This document shows, piece after piece, positions 39,609 through 49,523 of a DNA stretch of 64,000 nt; the first letter of the stretch is position 1, and every line of letters begins with the position of its first letter. A program made the position numbers and the translations under genes. The notes under the pieces are model-generated. The model saw nothing but the letters and a program-made list of their open reading frames with translations. It searched no databases and was not told where the DNA came from. Source of the DNA: Acidimicrobiia bacterium (lineage in GTDB: Bacteria; Actinomycetota; Acidimicrobiia; Acidimicrobiales; JANYDT01); the NCBI GenBank assembly GCA_031368215.1, contig JANLRD010000274.1, forward strand, positions 55,878-119,877, in the 5' to 3' direction.

Positions 39609-41171
39609 TCAGGCGAGCGGACCCACCGCCGCCGTGACCGCGTCGACGATGGCGTTCGAACGGACGAGCTCCTCACCCAGGGCTAGTTCAGGGGAGAGGT
39701 AGCGATCGGGGCCGATGCCTTCGACGACGGCACGGATCTGGGCGTGTGCCGCAGCCGTGCCTGGCGCCGGCGTCAGCGGTGAGCGTGCGTCGATGCCACG
39801 CGCTGCGATGAGGCACTCCACGGCGAGAATGCGGCGGAGGTTGTCGATGATGAGGCGCAGCTTGCGGGCGGCTCCCCAGGCCATCGACACATGGTCTTCC
39901 TGCATGCCCGACGTGGGTGCGGAGTCGATGCTCGCCGGGTGGGCGAGGCGTTTGTTCTCGCTCAGCATCGCCGCACTCGTGTAGTGGGCGATCATCATCC
40001 CCGAATCGACGCCGGGGTCGTCGGCGAGGAACGGCGACAGGCCGTGTGAGCGAGTGCGGTCGAGCATGCGGTCCATACGTCGTTCGGAGATCGCGCTCAC
40101 GTCGGTCAGGGCGATGGCGAGGAAGTCGGCGGCGTAACCGAGAGGGGCGCCGTGGAAGTTGCCACACGACTCCACTCGTCCGTCCGGCAGGACCATTGGG
40201 TTGTCGATGGCCGACGCGAGTTCTCGCTCGACGACCCCGATGACGAACTCGAGCGTGTCACGCGCTGCTCCGTGCACCTGCGGCGTGCAGCGCACGGAGT
40301 ACGCATCCTGCACCCTGCTGTCACCGTGCCGATGGCTCGCAACGATCTCGGAGCCGGCAAGCAACGCGCAGAGATTCGCTGCGCTTGCGGCCTGTCCGGG
40401 ATGGGGACGGAGCGCCTGGAGGTCTGCGGCGAACGGTCGGTCGGTGGCGAGCAGGGCCTCGACAGTAAGCGCGCAGGCGATATCGGCATGCATGAGCAGC
40501 GACCTCGCATCGGCCACGGCGAGGCAGAGCATGCCGAGGATGCCGTCGGTCCCGTTCGTGAGCGCAAGGCCTTCCTTCTCGGCGAGCACGAGAGGTCGGA
40601 GTCCGGCTTCGGCGAGGGCGGTCGCGGCTGGCTTGGCGGTCCCGTGGTGATCCACGGTTCCTTCCCCGATGAGGGCGAGCGCCACGTGGGCCAGCGGCGC
40701 GAGGTCACCGCTCGCGCCGAGCGATCCGTGCTCGTGCACATGGGGGGCGATGTCGTGGTTGAGGAGATCGACGAGTCCCTGCGCCGTTGTCGGTCGCGCT
40801 CCGCTGGCGCCGAGGGCAAGGGTGCGGGCACGGAGGAACGCCAGCCCGCGGACGACCTCGCGCTCGACGAGGGGTCCCATGCCGGCGGCATGTGACCGGA
40901 CGAGGGCGACCTGCAGATCGGCCCGGCGGGCCGGGGGAATCGACACGTTGGCGAGAGCCCCGAACCCGGTGGAGATCCCGTAGACCGGATCGCCTTCGGC
41001 GAGGCGCTCCACGATGGCCCGGGCCTTCCGCATGCGTTCCATCGCCTCGCCGCTGATCGCCACGGGTGCACCGTGGCGGGCGACGGCGACGACGTCGTCG
41101 ATCGTCACGCCGGGGCCGTAGAGGATCACCGGGGAGGCGGAGGCGGAAGCGGAGGTTCGGGGTGCGGACAT
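39609..41171 (-). CDS. hutH: Histidine ammonia-lyase
   Basis: YGISTGFG, GASGDLAPL (MIO), QDAYSVRC, QEDHVSM. Confidence 0.96.
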   Translation of the reverse strand: MSAPRTSASASASPVILYGPGVTIDDVVAVARHGAPVAISGEAMERMRKARAIVERLAEGDPVYGISTGFGALANVSIPPARRADLQVALVRSHAAGMGPLVEREVVRGLAFLRARTLALGASGARPTTAQGLVDLLNHDIAPHVHEHGSLGASGDLAPLAHVALALIGEGTVDHHGTAKPAATALAEAGLRPLVLAEKEGLALTNGTDGILGMLCLAVADARSLLMHADIACALTVEALLATDRPFAADLQALRPHPGQAASAANLCALLAGSEIVASHRHGDSRVQDAYSVRCTPQVHGAARDTLEFVIGVVERELASAIDNPMVLPDGRVESCGNFHGAPLGYAADFLAIALTDVSAISERRMDRMLDRTRSHGLSPFLADDPGVDSGMMIAHYTSAAMLSENKRLAHPASIDSAPTSGMQEDHVSMAWGAARKLRLIIDNLRRILAVECLIAARGIDARSPLTPAPGTAAAHAQIRAVVEGIGPDRYLSPELALGEELVRSNAIVDAVTAAVGPLA

Positions 41172-41240
41172 CGCCACGGAGGCTACTTGTCCGACAAAAT
41201 CCACCGGCCCTCGGCTGAGGCTCGCCTACCGTCGTGCGCC

Positions 41241-41783
41241 ATGAGCGAGATGAACGACGTCGTGCCGGAAACCAAGGACTGGACCTGGGTGCTCGAGGCG
41301 AAGTGCGACGACTGCGGGTTCGACGCCCCCGGACTCGACCTGGCGACGGTCCCGGGCCGACTCGAGGCGAACGCCGCTACGTGGGTGGAGGTACTCGCGC
41401 GGCCTGGTGTTCGAGATCGTCCGGCCGCCGGGGTGTGGTCCCCGCTCGAGTACGCGTGTCACGTTCGTGACGTGTTCAGCCTCTACGACTACCGCCTGCA
41501 CCTCATGCTGGGTCAAGACGACCCGCACTACCCGAATTGGGATCAGGACGAGACCGCGGTGACGGACCGCTACCGGGAGCAGGACCCCGCAACGGTGTCC
41601 GTCGAACTCGTCGAGGCCCAGCGTCGGCTTAGCGCATCCTTCGCCGGAGTGCACGGCGCTCAGTGGCATCGGACGGGCAACCGAAGCGACAACAAGCGGT
41701 TCACCATCGAGAGCTTCGCTCGCTACATGCTCCACGATCCCGTTCACCACGTGTGGGACGTGACTCATATGCGCGCTGACTGA
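41241..41783 (+). CDS. DinB/YfiT family protein
   Basis: PETKDWTWVL, WSPLEYACHVRD, HDPVHH. Confidence 0.88.
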   Translation: MSEMNDVVPETKDWTWVLEAKCDDCGFDAPGLDLATVPGRLEANAATWVEVLARPGVRDRPAAGVWSPLEYACHVRDVFSLYDYRLHLMLGQDDPHYPNWDQDETAVTDRYREQDPATVSVELVEAQRRLSASFAGVHGAQWHRTGNRSDNKRFTIESFARYMLHDPVHHVWDVTHMRAD

Positions 41784-41834
41784 AAAGTCGACCTGCGCAT
41801 CGTAAGGCACAGGCTGCCGTACGATCTATTGCTT

Positions 41835-42692
41835 ATGGCATCGGCCTTTCGCTACCCGTCGGATCGTCCACGAGTGGCGGTGTTCATCGCGATCGGCCTT
41901 GTCGACCTCGCGGTCTGTCTCTTCGTGGGCAACCCGTTCCTGGTCGTCCTGTACTGCGCCGCGTCGATCCTGCCGAAGGGAATGACCTGCGCCTTCAACC
42001 ATCACCATCAGCACCTGTCCACGTTCAACTCCCGGATCCTGAATCGGGCGCTCGAGGTCGTCTACGCCCTGCAGACCGGCGTGACCAGTCACACTTGGAC
42101 CCTGCATCACACGGTCGGGCATCACAAGAACTATCTCGACCAGAGCGCCGACGAGTCGCGGTGGCGGCGACGGAGCGGGATACCGATGGGCCGGATCGAG
42201 TACTCGTTCGTCACCGGGGTCACGGCGTACTACCGGGCGTGGAAAGCCGGGAAGAGCTACCCGAAGTATCGGAGCGTATTCCTGCGCATGCTCATCCCCG
42301 TGTTCGCGGCGATCGCCGTCGTCGTGTACCTGCGACCGTTCGCCGGGACGATGATCTTCGTGGTGATGCCGGCTTTCATGCTCTTCGGGACGGCCTGGGC
42401 TACCTACGATCACCACTCGAGTCGCCCGACCGACCCGGTGTTCGGCGCGACGACCAACGTCGTGCAACCGCTCTACAACTTCTGGACCGGAAACCTCGGC
42501 TACCACACCGCGCATCACTTCCGTCCGAGCGCGCACTGGTCGAAGGTTCCGGCTATCCACGCCACGATCGCCAGTCAGATCCCCGCCGATGCATACCTGC
42601 AGCCGGGCTTCCCGTATCGACAGCTCCGGTTGATCGACGCCCTGATCAAGTCACCGAAGTACCGCCTCCCGTCGAGCGTTCTCGCCAAGTAG
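41835..42692 (+). CDS. Membrane fatty acid desaturase family protein
   Basis: His boxes HHHQH, HHTVGHH, YHTAHH. Confidence 0.88.
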   Translation: MASAFRYPSDRPRVAVFIAIGLVDLAVCLFVGNPFLVVLYCAASILPKGMTCAFNHHHQHLSTFNSRILNRALEVVYALQTGVTSHTWTLHHTVGHHKNYLDQSADESRWRRRSGIPMGRIEYSFVTGVTAYYRAWKAGKSYPKYRSVFLRMLIPVFAAIAVVVYLRPFAGTMIFVVMPAFMLFGTAWATYDHHSSRPTDPVFGATTNVVQPLYNFWTGNLGYHTAHHFRPSAHWSKVPAIHATIASQIPADAYLQPGFPYRQLRLIDALIKSPKYRLPSSVLAK

Positions 42693-42704
42693 GGCCGGTC
42701 CCCG

Positions 42705-43130
42705 TTACCTGGGTCGTTCACTCCGAACTCCCGGGAAGCGGGTGAAGTCGGCGTCGTAGGTGATCACCGTTGCCCGATGTTCGAGGGCGAGCGCGGCCAG
42801 GTGGGCGTCGGAGACGAGGTTGCCACCGGTTCCCGCGACCGAGAGCAACTCGCGCACGTGGTCGAGGTGCTTTGCGGTCGGGTGCACGATCATCGCCGAG
42901 GGCGCGCCGGTCCACGTGTCGACGATGGACAACGCCTGGGTGACGGGGAGGGGCGCCGGGAAGAGCCCGACCTTCGTGGACAGGCGCAGGAACGCCAACA
43001 GCGAGATCCACGGCAGGCCCACGGAGCTCGACCCGTTCAGCGCACCATCGAGCCAGCGCCTTGCGCTCGCGTGATGTCCTGCGTCCTCGTTCACGGCATA
43101 GAGCAGGACGTTGGCATCGACGAGGTTCAC
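42705..43130 (-). CDS. vapC: VapC PIN-domain toxin
   Basis: VDANVLLYA, FLRLST, DAHLAALALEH, DADF. Confidence 0.93.
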   Translation of the reverse strand: MNLVDANVLLYAVNEDAGHHASARRWLDGALNGSSSVGLPWISLLAFLRLSTKVGLFPAPLPVTQALSIVDTWTGAPSAMIVHPTAKHLDHVRELLSVAGTGGNLVSDAHLAALALEHRATVITYDADFTRFPGVRSERPR

Positions 43131-43381
43131 GATGACGAACGCATCTTGCGAAGGAGTTCTTCGTCCTCGAGCTCCGATGCGAGTTGGATGGCCCGGTCGA
43201 GGTTGACCGTGGGCGTGCCGAGGCGGGCGGTCGGCGTCTCGACGCGGGAGCCCTGGTCGCTCTGACGCAGGCCTCGGCGGACGGCGTCGTTCAGTGCCTG
43301 TTTGAACGGCACCCCTTCTGCGGCCATGCGCTGGCGCAGTAGCGCCTCGGTGTCGGGATCGAGGGTGACCGTCGTCCTCAT
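43127..43381 (-). CDS. vapB: VapB antitoxin (RHH)
   Basis: MRTTVTLDPD, FKQALNDAVRRGL; GTGA overlap with vapC. Confidence 0.92.
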   Translation of the reverse strand: MRTTVTLDPDTEALLRQRMAAEGVPFKQALNDAVRRGLRQSDQGSRVETPTARLGTPTVNLDRAIQLASELEDEELLRKMRSSS

Positions 43382-43420
43382 GGTGACAGCATAGCATCAA
43401 ATCTTTTTGCATCATGATGT
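43382..43420 (-). promoter_or_regulatory. Leaderless vapBC promoter/operator
   Basis: Minus strand TATGCT 6 nt before ATG; CATCATGATG palindrome and repeated TGATGC in an AT-rich patch. Confidence 0.6.
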
Positions 43421-43498
43421 CCAGGAGCGCCCTCGGAGCTGGGCACCGGCACGCAACCGCGACGGGAGCAGCCGGTACCCACCGCATACGCTGAGGGG

Positions 43499-45157
43499 GT
43501 GCCTTCCGGACCCCGCCCCGTACGCGCCAACCGTGGATCAACGCTGACCTGTCGGGGGTGGGGTCAGGAGGCGGCCCAGCGGATGCTCATGAACAACCTC
43601 GACCCCGAGGTCGCGGAGCGTCCCGACGACCTCGTCGTCTACGGGGGGACCGGCCGGGCGGCGAGGTCGTGGGATGCGTTCGACGCCATGGTCCGCACAC
43701 TCACGTCCCTCGCCGACGACGAGACGATGCTCGTGCAGTCGGGAAAGCCCGTCGGTGTGTTCCGCACGCACGAGTGGGCGCCGCGGGTGCTGCTGGCGAA
43801 CTCGAACCTCGTTCCCGAGTGGGGGAACTGGGATGAGTTCCGGCGTCTCGAACAACTCGGCCTCACGATGTACGGCCAGATGACGGCAGGCTCCTGGATC
43901 TACATCGGCACCCAGGGCATCCTGCAGGGCACCTATGAGTGCTTCGCCGAGATTGCCCGGCGGAAGTTCGCTGGCTCGCTCGCCGGCACGATCACCCTCA
44001 CCGCCGGTCTCGGTGGCATGGGCGGTGCCCAGCCATTGGCCGTGACCATGAACGACGGCGTCGCACTGTGCGTCGACGTGGACCCGACCCGGGTGCAGCG
44101 CCGCCTCGAGACCCGGTACCTCGATGAGATCGCCGACTCGCTCGACGACGCCGTCGCGCGTTGCGAGAAAGCCAAACGCGAGCGACGTCCTCTGTCGGTA
44201 GGTGTCGTCGGCAACGCCGCCGACGTGCTTCCCCGCCTTCTCGAGGCCGGCTTCCCGGCTGACATCGTGACCGATCAGACGAGTGCGCACGACCCGCTCT
44301 CCTACGTTCCACACGACCTCACCCAGGAGGCGGCCGATCGTCTGCGCGCAGATAATCCTGCTGAGCTCATTCGCCGGTCCCGCGAATCCATGGCAGCCCA
44401 CTGCGCCGCAATGGTCGGCTTCATGGACGGTGGTGCTGAGGTGTTCGACTACGGCAACAGCCTTCGCGCCGAAGCCAAGCTCGGTGGATTCGCCCGTGCC
44501 TTCGACTATCCGGGCTTCCTCCCGGCCTACATTCGCCCCCTCTTTTGCGAAGGCAAGGGCCCGTTCCGGTGGGTTGCGCTTTCGGGTGATCCCGCCGACA
44601 TTGCGGCCACCGATCGTGCCGTGCTCGAGGAGTTCCCGGACGACGACGGTTTGGCGAAGTGGATACGGATGGCGGGGGAGCGTGTGGCGTTCCAGGGACT
44701 CCCGGCGCGGATCTGCTGGCTCGGATACGGCGAACGCCACCGGCTCGGCCTTCGTTTCAACGAGATGGTCCGGCGAGGTGAACTCAAGGCACCGATCGTG
44801 ATCGGGCGCGATCACCTCGACTCCGGCTCGGTCGCCTCCCCGTATCGCGAGACCGAAGCGATGGCCGACGGTTCCGACGCCATCGCGGACTGGCCCCTGC
44901 TCAACGCATTGGTGAACACTTCGAGCGGAGCGTCGTGGGTGAGCATCCACCACGGCGGTGGCGTCGGGATCGGTCGTTCCATCCATGCCGGCATGGTCGC
45001 ACTCGCCGACGGTACCGATCTGGCCGCGGAGAAGCTTTCGCGGGTACTGGTCAATGATCCCGGCATGGGCGTGATCCGCCACGTCGACGCCGGCTACCCC
45101 GAAGCCGTCAAGGCCGCCGACGAGCGCGGTGTTCGCATTCCGATGCGCGAGGGCTGA
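43499..45157 (+). CDS. hutU: Urocanate hydratase
   Basis: [32 protein letters not shown]. Confidence 0.97.
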   Translation: MPSGPRPVRANRGSTLTCRGWGQEAAQRMLMNNLDPEVAERPDDLVVYGGTGRAARSWDAFDAMVRTLTSLADDETMLVQSGKPVGVFRTHEWAPRVLLANSNLVPEWGNWDEFRRLEQLGLTMYGQMTAGSWIYIGTQGILQGTYECFAEIARRKFAGSLAGTITLTAGLGGMGGAQPLAVTMNDGVALCVDVDPTRVQRRLETRYLDEIADSLDDAVARCEKAKRERRPLSVGVVGNAADVLPRLLEAGFPADIVTDQTSAHDPLSYVPHDLTQEAADRLRADNPAELIRRSRESMAAHCAAMVGFMDGGAEVFDYGNSLRAEAKLGGFARAFDYPGFLPAYIRPLFCEGKGPFRWVALSGDPADIAATDRAVLEEFPDDDGLAKWIRMAGERVAFQGLPARICWLGYGERHRLGLRFNEMVRRGELKAPIVIGRDHLDSGSVASPYRETEAMADGSDAIADWPLLNALVNTSSGASWVSIHHGGGVGIGRSIHAGMVALADGTDLAAEKLSRVLVNDPGMGVIRHVDAGYPEAVKAADERGVRIPMREG

Positions 45158-45163
45158 GCATCG

Positions 45164-45739
45164 ATGGCCGTCCGCCCCATTGCCCACATCGGTCATCCGA
45201 TCCTGCGCGTCCCCACGCGAACGGTGACGACTGAGGAGTTGGCCAGTCCTGAGATCCAGGGCGTCATCGACGATCTGATCGACACGATGCGCGCTGCCAA
45301 CGGCGCGGGGATCGCGGCGAACCAGATCCACGAATCGATGCGGATCACCGTCGTGGAGGTCAATCAGAACCCGCGCTATCCGTACAAACCCAAGATCCCG
45401 CTCACGGTGCTCGTGAATCCTGAGATCGAGTTCCTCGACGACGAGCTCGTCGAGATCAACGAGGGCTGCCTCAGCGTGCCGAACCTGCGCGGGAATGTGA
45501 TGCGCCACGTGAACATCCGCATCCGCTACCTCGACCGTGATGGGGTTGCCCACGACGAGATCAGGCGGGGGCTCACCGCCGGCACGTTGCAGCACGAATG
45601 TGACCACCTCGACGGGAAGCTGTTCGTCGACCGCGTCACGGACCCGACCACCTTCACCACATGGGAGCAGTTCGAGCTGTACCACCGCGACGCGTTCATC
45701 GAGCGGATCACCAAGTTCGTCGAACGAGTGGGATCGTAA
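45164..45739 (+). CDS. def: Peptide deformylase family protein
   Basis: GAGIAANQ, EGCLS, QHECDHLDG. Confidence 0.92.
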   Translation: MAVRPIAHIGHPILRVPTRTVTTEELASPEIQGVIDDLIDTMRAANGAGIAANQIHESMRITVVEVNQNPRYPYKPKIPLTVLVNPEIEFLDDELVEINEGCLSVPNLRGNVMRHVNIRIRYLDRDGVAHDEIRRGLTAGTLQHECDHLDGKLFVDRVTDPTTFTTWEQFELYHRDAFIERITKFVERVGS

Positions 45740-45746
45740 GCGCGCT

Positions 45747-47081
45747 GTGCAACTGTGGTGTGAGCGGGCATGGTTGGGAGGTGACTCGCTCACGAGAGGC
45801 GTGCTCCTTTCGATCAACAATGGGGTGTTCACCGATGTTTCGACTGTCGACGCGCCCCCCTCCGACGCCGAAGTCGTTCGTGGCGCTGCGCTGCCCGGCT
45901 TCGCCAACGCCCACTCCCATGCGTTCCACCGGGCGCTGCGAGGGCGCACTCACGGCGGCACAGGATCGTTCTGGACCTGGCGGGAGCAGATGTACTCCGT
46001 CGCCGCCCGCCTCGACCCCGACTCCTATCTCGCACTGGCTACCGCGACGTTCGCGGAAATGGTGCTCTGCGGGTACACCGCCGTCGGCGAGTTCCACTAT
46101 CTGCACCACGCACCGGGTGGTGTCGCCTACTCGGATTCCAACGCGATGGGTGCGGCGCTCATCGAGGCCGCTCGGGTTGCCGGCATTCGCATCACGCTGC
46201 TCGACACGTGCTATCTCCGCGGGGGTTTCGACGTCGAACTCAACCACGTACAGCGACGCTTCTCCGACGGCAGCGTTGATCAATGGGCGGCGCGCAACGA
46301 CCGACTCGCCTTGGCAGATGTCGTGAACCGTTCCACGCGGCTGGGCGCGGCTATCCATTCCGTACGCGCGCTTTCTTTCGTGGACATGGGCGGAGTTGCG
46401 TCATGGTCGGCCGCTGCCGGTTGTCCCCTGCATGCTCATGTCTCCGAACAGCGGGCCGAGAATGACGCCTGCCTGGCACTTACCGGCCGCACGCCATCGC
46501 AATTGCTCGCCGATGCGGGCGCGGTCGGTGAGGCGTTCTCGGCCGTCCACGCGACTCACGTGAGCCCGCAGGACATCGCCATCCTCGGGTCCGCTCGTGC
46601 CACGGCGTGTTTCTGCTGCACGACCGAGCGCGACCTCGCGGATGGAATCGGTCCGTCGCGATCTCTTGCCGATGCGGGAGCGCGGCTGTCGATCGGGTCC
46701 GATTCCCATGCGGTGATCGATCCGTTCGAGGAGGTCAGGGCCATCGAGTCACATCAACGGCTCGCGACGAATGCGCGCGGCGTGCACGGTCCTGCCGAGT
46801 TGCTGCGTGCCGGGTCGTTCGATGGCTACGCGTCGATCGGTTGGTATGGCGGTGTCCTAGCCGCCGGTGCGGTTGCCGACCTTGTCGTCATCGACCCATC
46901 ATCGGTTCGCCTCGCCGGATCGAATGCTGATGACGCGGCGTCGCTCGTGTTCGGAGCGTCGGCGCCTGATGTCTGTCAGGTGATGGTTGACGGCCAGTGG
47001 GTGGTCCGGGACGGGTCACACCTGTCGATCGACGTGCCACGAGCGCTCGCGACTTCGATCGATTCGCTCTGGTTCGAGTGA
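45747..47081 (+). CDS. hutF: Formimidoylglutamate deiminase
   Basis: NAHSHAFHRALRG, FWTWRE, EFHYLHH, HSVRA, GSDSH. Confidence 0.94.
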   Translation: MQLWCERAWLGGDSLTRGVLLSINNGVFTDVSTVDAPPSDAEVVRGAALPGFANAHSHAFHRALRGRTHGGTGSFWTWREQMYSVAARLDPDSYLALATATFAEMVLCGYTAVGEFHYLHHAPGGVAYSDSNAMGAALIEAARVAGIRITLLDTCYLRGGFDVELNHVQRRFSDGSVDQWAARNDRLALADVVNRSTRLGAAIHSVRALSFVDMGGVASWSAAAGCPLHAHVSEQRAENDACLALTGRTPSQLLADAGAVGEAFSAVHATHVSPQDIAILGSARATACFCCTTERDLADGIGPSRSLADAGARLSIGSDSHAVIDPFEEVRAIESHQRLATNARGVHGPAELLRAGSFDGYASIGWYGGVLAAGAVADLVVIDPSSVRLAGSNADDAASLVFGASAPDVCQVMVDGQWVVRDGSHLSIDVPRALATSIDSLWFE

Positions 47082-47091
47082 GGACGCTCGC

Positions 47092-48243
47092 GTGACCACC
47101 ACCGTGATCGACAACATCGGCCAACTGGTCACCTGCGACGCGTCGCTGGGCGAGGGACCGCTGGGAGTCGCTCGCGGTGTCGCCCTCGTGGTGGAGGACA
47201 GTCGGATCTTCGCCATCGAAGCCGCCGGACGAACGAGCGCGGATGAACGTATCGATGCCGAGGGCTCTTGCGTGATGCCCGCATTCGTCGACTCCCACAC
47301 CCATCTGGTGTTCGCCGGGGATCGTGCCGATGAGTTCGTCGCCCGGATGGCGGGGCGACCCTACGAGGCTGGCGGGATTCGCGTTACCACCGAGGCGACC
47401 CGATCGTCGAGCGATGCCGAACTCCGACGGCTCACGTCGCTGCGCCTTGCCGAGGCCAGGCGGCACGGCATCGGCCATGTCGAGATCAAGTCCGGTTACG
47501 GGCTCGATGTCGTGACCGAAGAGCGGTGCTGCGCGCTGGCCGCGGAACTCACCGACGACGTGACCTTCCTCGGGGCGCACGTGGTGCCGGCTGACTACGC
47601 CAGCCGCGTCGATGACTACGTGGACCTCGTGTGCGGGCCGATGCTCGATGCCTGCGCCACCCGGTCGAAGTGGATCGACGTGTTCTGCGAGCGGGGGGCA
47701 TTCGACGTGGACCAGAGCCGGACGATCCTCGAAGCCGGCCGCGCCCGCGGTCTCGGGTTGCGCGTCCATGCGAACCAACTCGGCCACGGACCCGGCGTGC
47801 AACTCGCGGTGTCGCTCGGTGCGGCGAGCGCGGATCACTGCACCTATCTCTCCGACGCAGACCTCGACGCGTTGGCGGGAAGCGACACGGTGGCCACCTT
47901 CCTTCCGGCGGCCGACTTCTCGACGCGGCAGCCCTATCCGGACGCACGCCGGGCGCTTGACGCGGGAGTCCGCATCGCCATCGCCACGAACTGCAACCCC
48001 GGATCGAGTTACACCACGTCGATGGCGTTCTGCATGGCCCTCGCCGTGCGGGACATGGGGCTCACGGCCGAGGAAGCCGTCCTCGCCGCGACTCGGGGCG
48101 GCGCAAGCGCCCTCCGACGCACGGATGGGCTCGGCACCCTCTCGCCGGGAGCGACCGCCAAGATCGCCATCCTCGACGCGCCCTCGTTCGCCCATATCGT
48201 CTATCGCCCGGGCGTCAACCTCGTGCGGAGGGTCATCGGCTGA
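47092..48243 (+). CDS. hutI: Imidazolonepropionase
   Basis: DSHTHLVFAGDR, EIKSGYGL, DVFCE, HANQL, NPGSS. Confidence 0.95.
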   Translation: MTTTVIDNIGQLVTCDASLGEGPLGVARGVALVVEDSRIFAIEAAGRTSADERIDAEGSCVMPAFVDSHTHLVFAGDRADEFVARMAGRPYEAGGIRVTTEATRSSSDAELRRLTSLRLAEARRHGIGHVEIKSGYGLDVVTEERCCALAAELTDDVTFLGAHVVPADYASRVDDYVDLVCGPMLDACATRSKWIDVFCERGAFDVDQSRTILEAGRARGLGLRVHANQLGHGPGVQLAVSLGAASADHCTYLSDADLDALAGSDTVATFLPAADFSTRQPYPDARRALDAGVRIAIATNCNPGSSYTTSMAFCMALAVRDMGLTAEEAVLAATRGGASALRRTDGLGTLSPGATAKIAILDAPSFAHIVYRPGVNLVRRVIG

Positions 48244-48298
48244 GCCGAATCGCATCGCAAGAGAGACTCATGGGTACTCCCTCCCGACGACCGGGCGC

Positions 48299-48329
48299 CG
48301 GCGGTGGGGCCATGTGGCCGCCACCGCCG
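48299..48329. terminator. GC-rich hairpin between convergent genes
   Basis: CGGCGGTGG...CCACCGCCG. Confidence 0.55.
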
Positions 48330-48344
48330 TCGATCGTTCTGGCC

Positions 48345-48959
48345 TCACGCAGAGATGAGGTGATCCGATTCTTTGCGCATGCCGTGGACGAATCCGGCGA
48401 TCGACGCCAGCAGAAGGACCAGGGCGGCAAGGAAGGCCACCGTCGCGGCCTGGCCGGCGCGCTCACCGAAGATGCTGAAGCCGTAGCCCGTCAGCAGGAG
48501 TCCTCGGAGCGTCTCGCCCTTGAAGAGCGTGTCGGTCTTCCCGGCCAACGTCTTCGCCGCCGTGTCGAGGTCCTTGGAGGCCTGGGCCCCGGGATCAGCG
48601 GTGAGTGCCTTGTCGGCCGCCGCACGGGCTGCGCGCGACTCCCCACTGGTCTGCGAATAGGTCTTCCCGCCGTTGACCTCTTTCACGTGGCGACCGATGT
48701 ACTCGTTGGCGTAGCACTCCGCCTGTTTGCCCGACGTGAGCGGTTTGCCGGCGTTCTTGACGAGACAGGCCGCCGACTTCTCGTCGTCGGACAGACCGGC
48801 CACCGGCGTGAAGTTGATCTGCTGGGCCGACATCTGATCGCGCACATAGGACTTGGCGAAGTTCGACTGGTTGCGGAGGACGAGCCCGAGCACCAAGAGG
48901 AGCAGTGCCATGAGCACGCCCCCGATGCTGAAGATCAGGTCCAGCTTCTTTCGAGTCAT
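48345..48959 (-). CDS. Hypothetical membrane protein (2 TM, extracytoplasmic loop with 2 Cys)
   Basis: N- and C-terminal TM helices, GC3 bias, AGGGG SD. Confidence 0.75.
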   Translation of the reverse strand: MTRKKLDLIFSIGGVLMALLLLVLGLVLRNQSNFAKSYVRDQMSAQQINFTPVAGLSDDEKSAACLVKNAGKPLTSGKQAECYANEYIGRHVKEVNGGKTYSQTSGESRAARAAADKALTADPGAQASKDLDTAAKTLAGKTDTLFKGETLRGLLLTGYGFSIFGERAGQAATVAFLAALVLLLASIAGFVHGMRKESDHLISA

Positions 48960-49120
48960 GATTGGTTTCCCCTGCAGGGCGCGAGCAGCGTGCTCGGCCG
49001 GGCGTCACCACGATGCCGATGCGGCCGGTCGATCGATCAGTGCCGTCTGTCCCGCTCCGGAATGACGAACGTCCCGCCGCGGGGTCCTGCCTGGCCACGG
49101 ACCCCGCGGCCGGGCCCCCG

Positions 49121-49501
49121 TCAGCCGTAGGCGCAGAGGTCGAACGGGTGGTACGCGGGGTCGGTCATGTTGGCGATGCGTCCGTAGGACTCGGTTCGGA
49201 CACGAGCGACGAGCCGTGCGCCCAACCTCTGCAAGCGGGCGAGTTCGGCGTCGAACTCCTGGTTGGTGCAGCGAAGATCGAGGTGAATCCGAGCCGAGAA
49301 CAGGTGGCTGATGTGGGGCCGCAGTTCGTCTTCGGTGCGCTGCAAGCCGAGTCGTCGGTTGTTGTCGGCATCGGACAACACCAGCCAGCGTCCGTCGTCT
49401 TCGTCCTCCGTCACGACGAGACCCAACGCGTCACACCAGAACACCGCCAATGCGCAGGGATCGGCGCAATTGAGCGTGACGAGGTCGAACTGCGTAGCCA
49501 C
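49121..49501 (-). CDS. VOC/glyoxalase family protein
   Basis: LAVFWCDALG, RIHLDL, DPAYHPFDL. Confidence 0.85.
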   Translation of the reverse strand: MATQFDLVTLNCADPCALAVFWCDALGLVVTEDEDDGRWLVLSDADNNRRLGLQRTEDELRPHISHLFSARIHLDLRCTNQEFDAELARLQRLGARLVARVRTESYGRIANMTDPAYHPFDLCAYG

Positions 49502-49523
49502 AGCAGCGACCGTTCGTCCGACG

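Noticed and set aside
42705-43541. 278-aa ORF as one protein
   Set aside because: Only 42705-43130 is VapC; the upstream part overlaps vapB and its promoter
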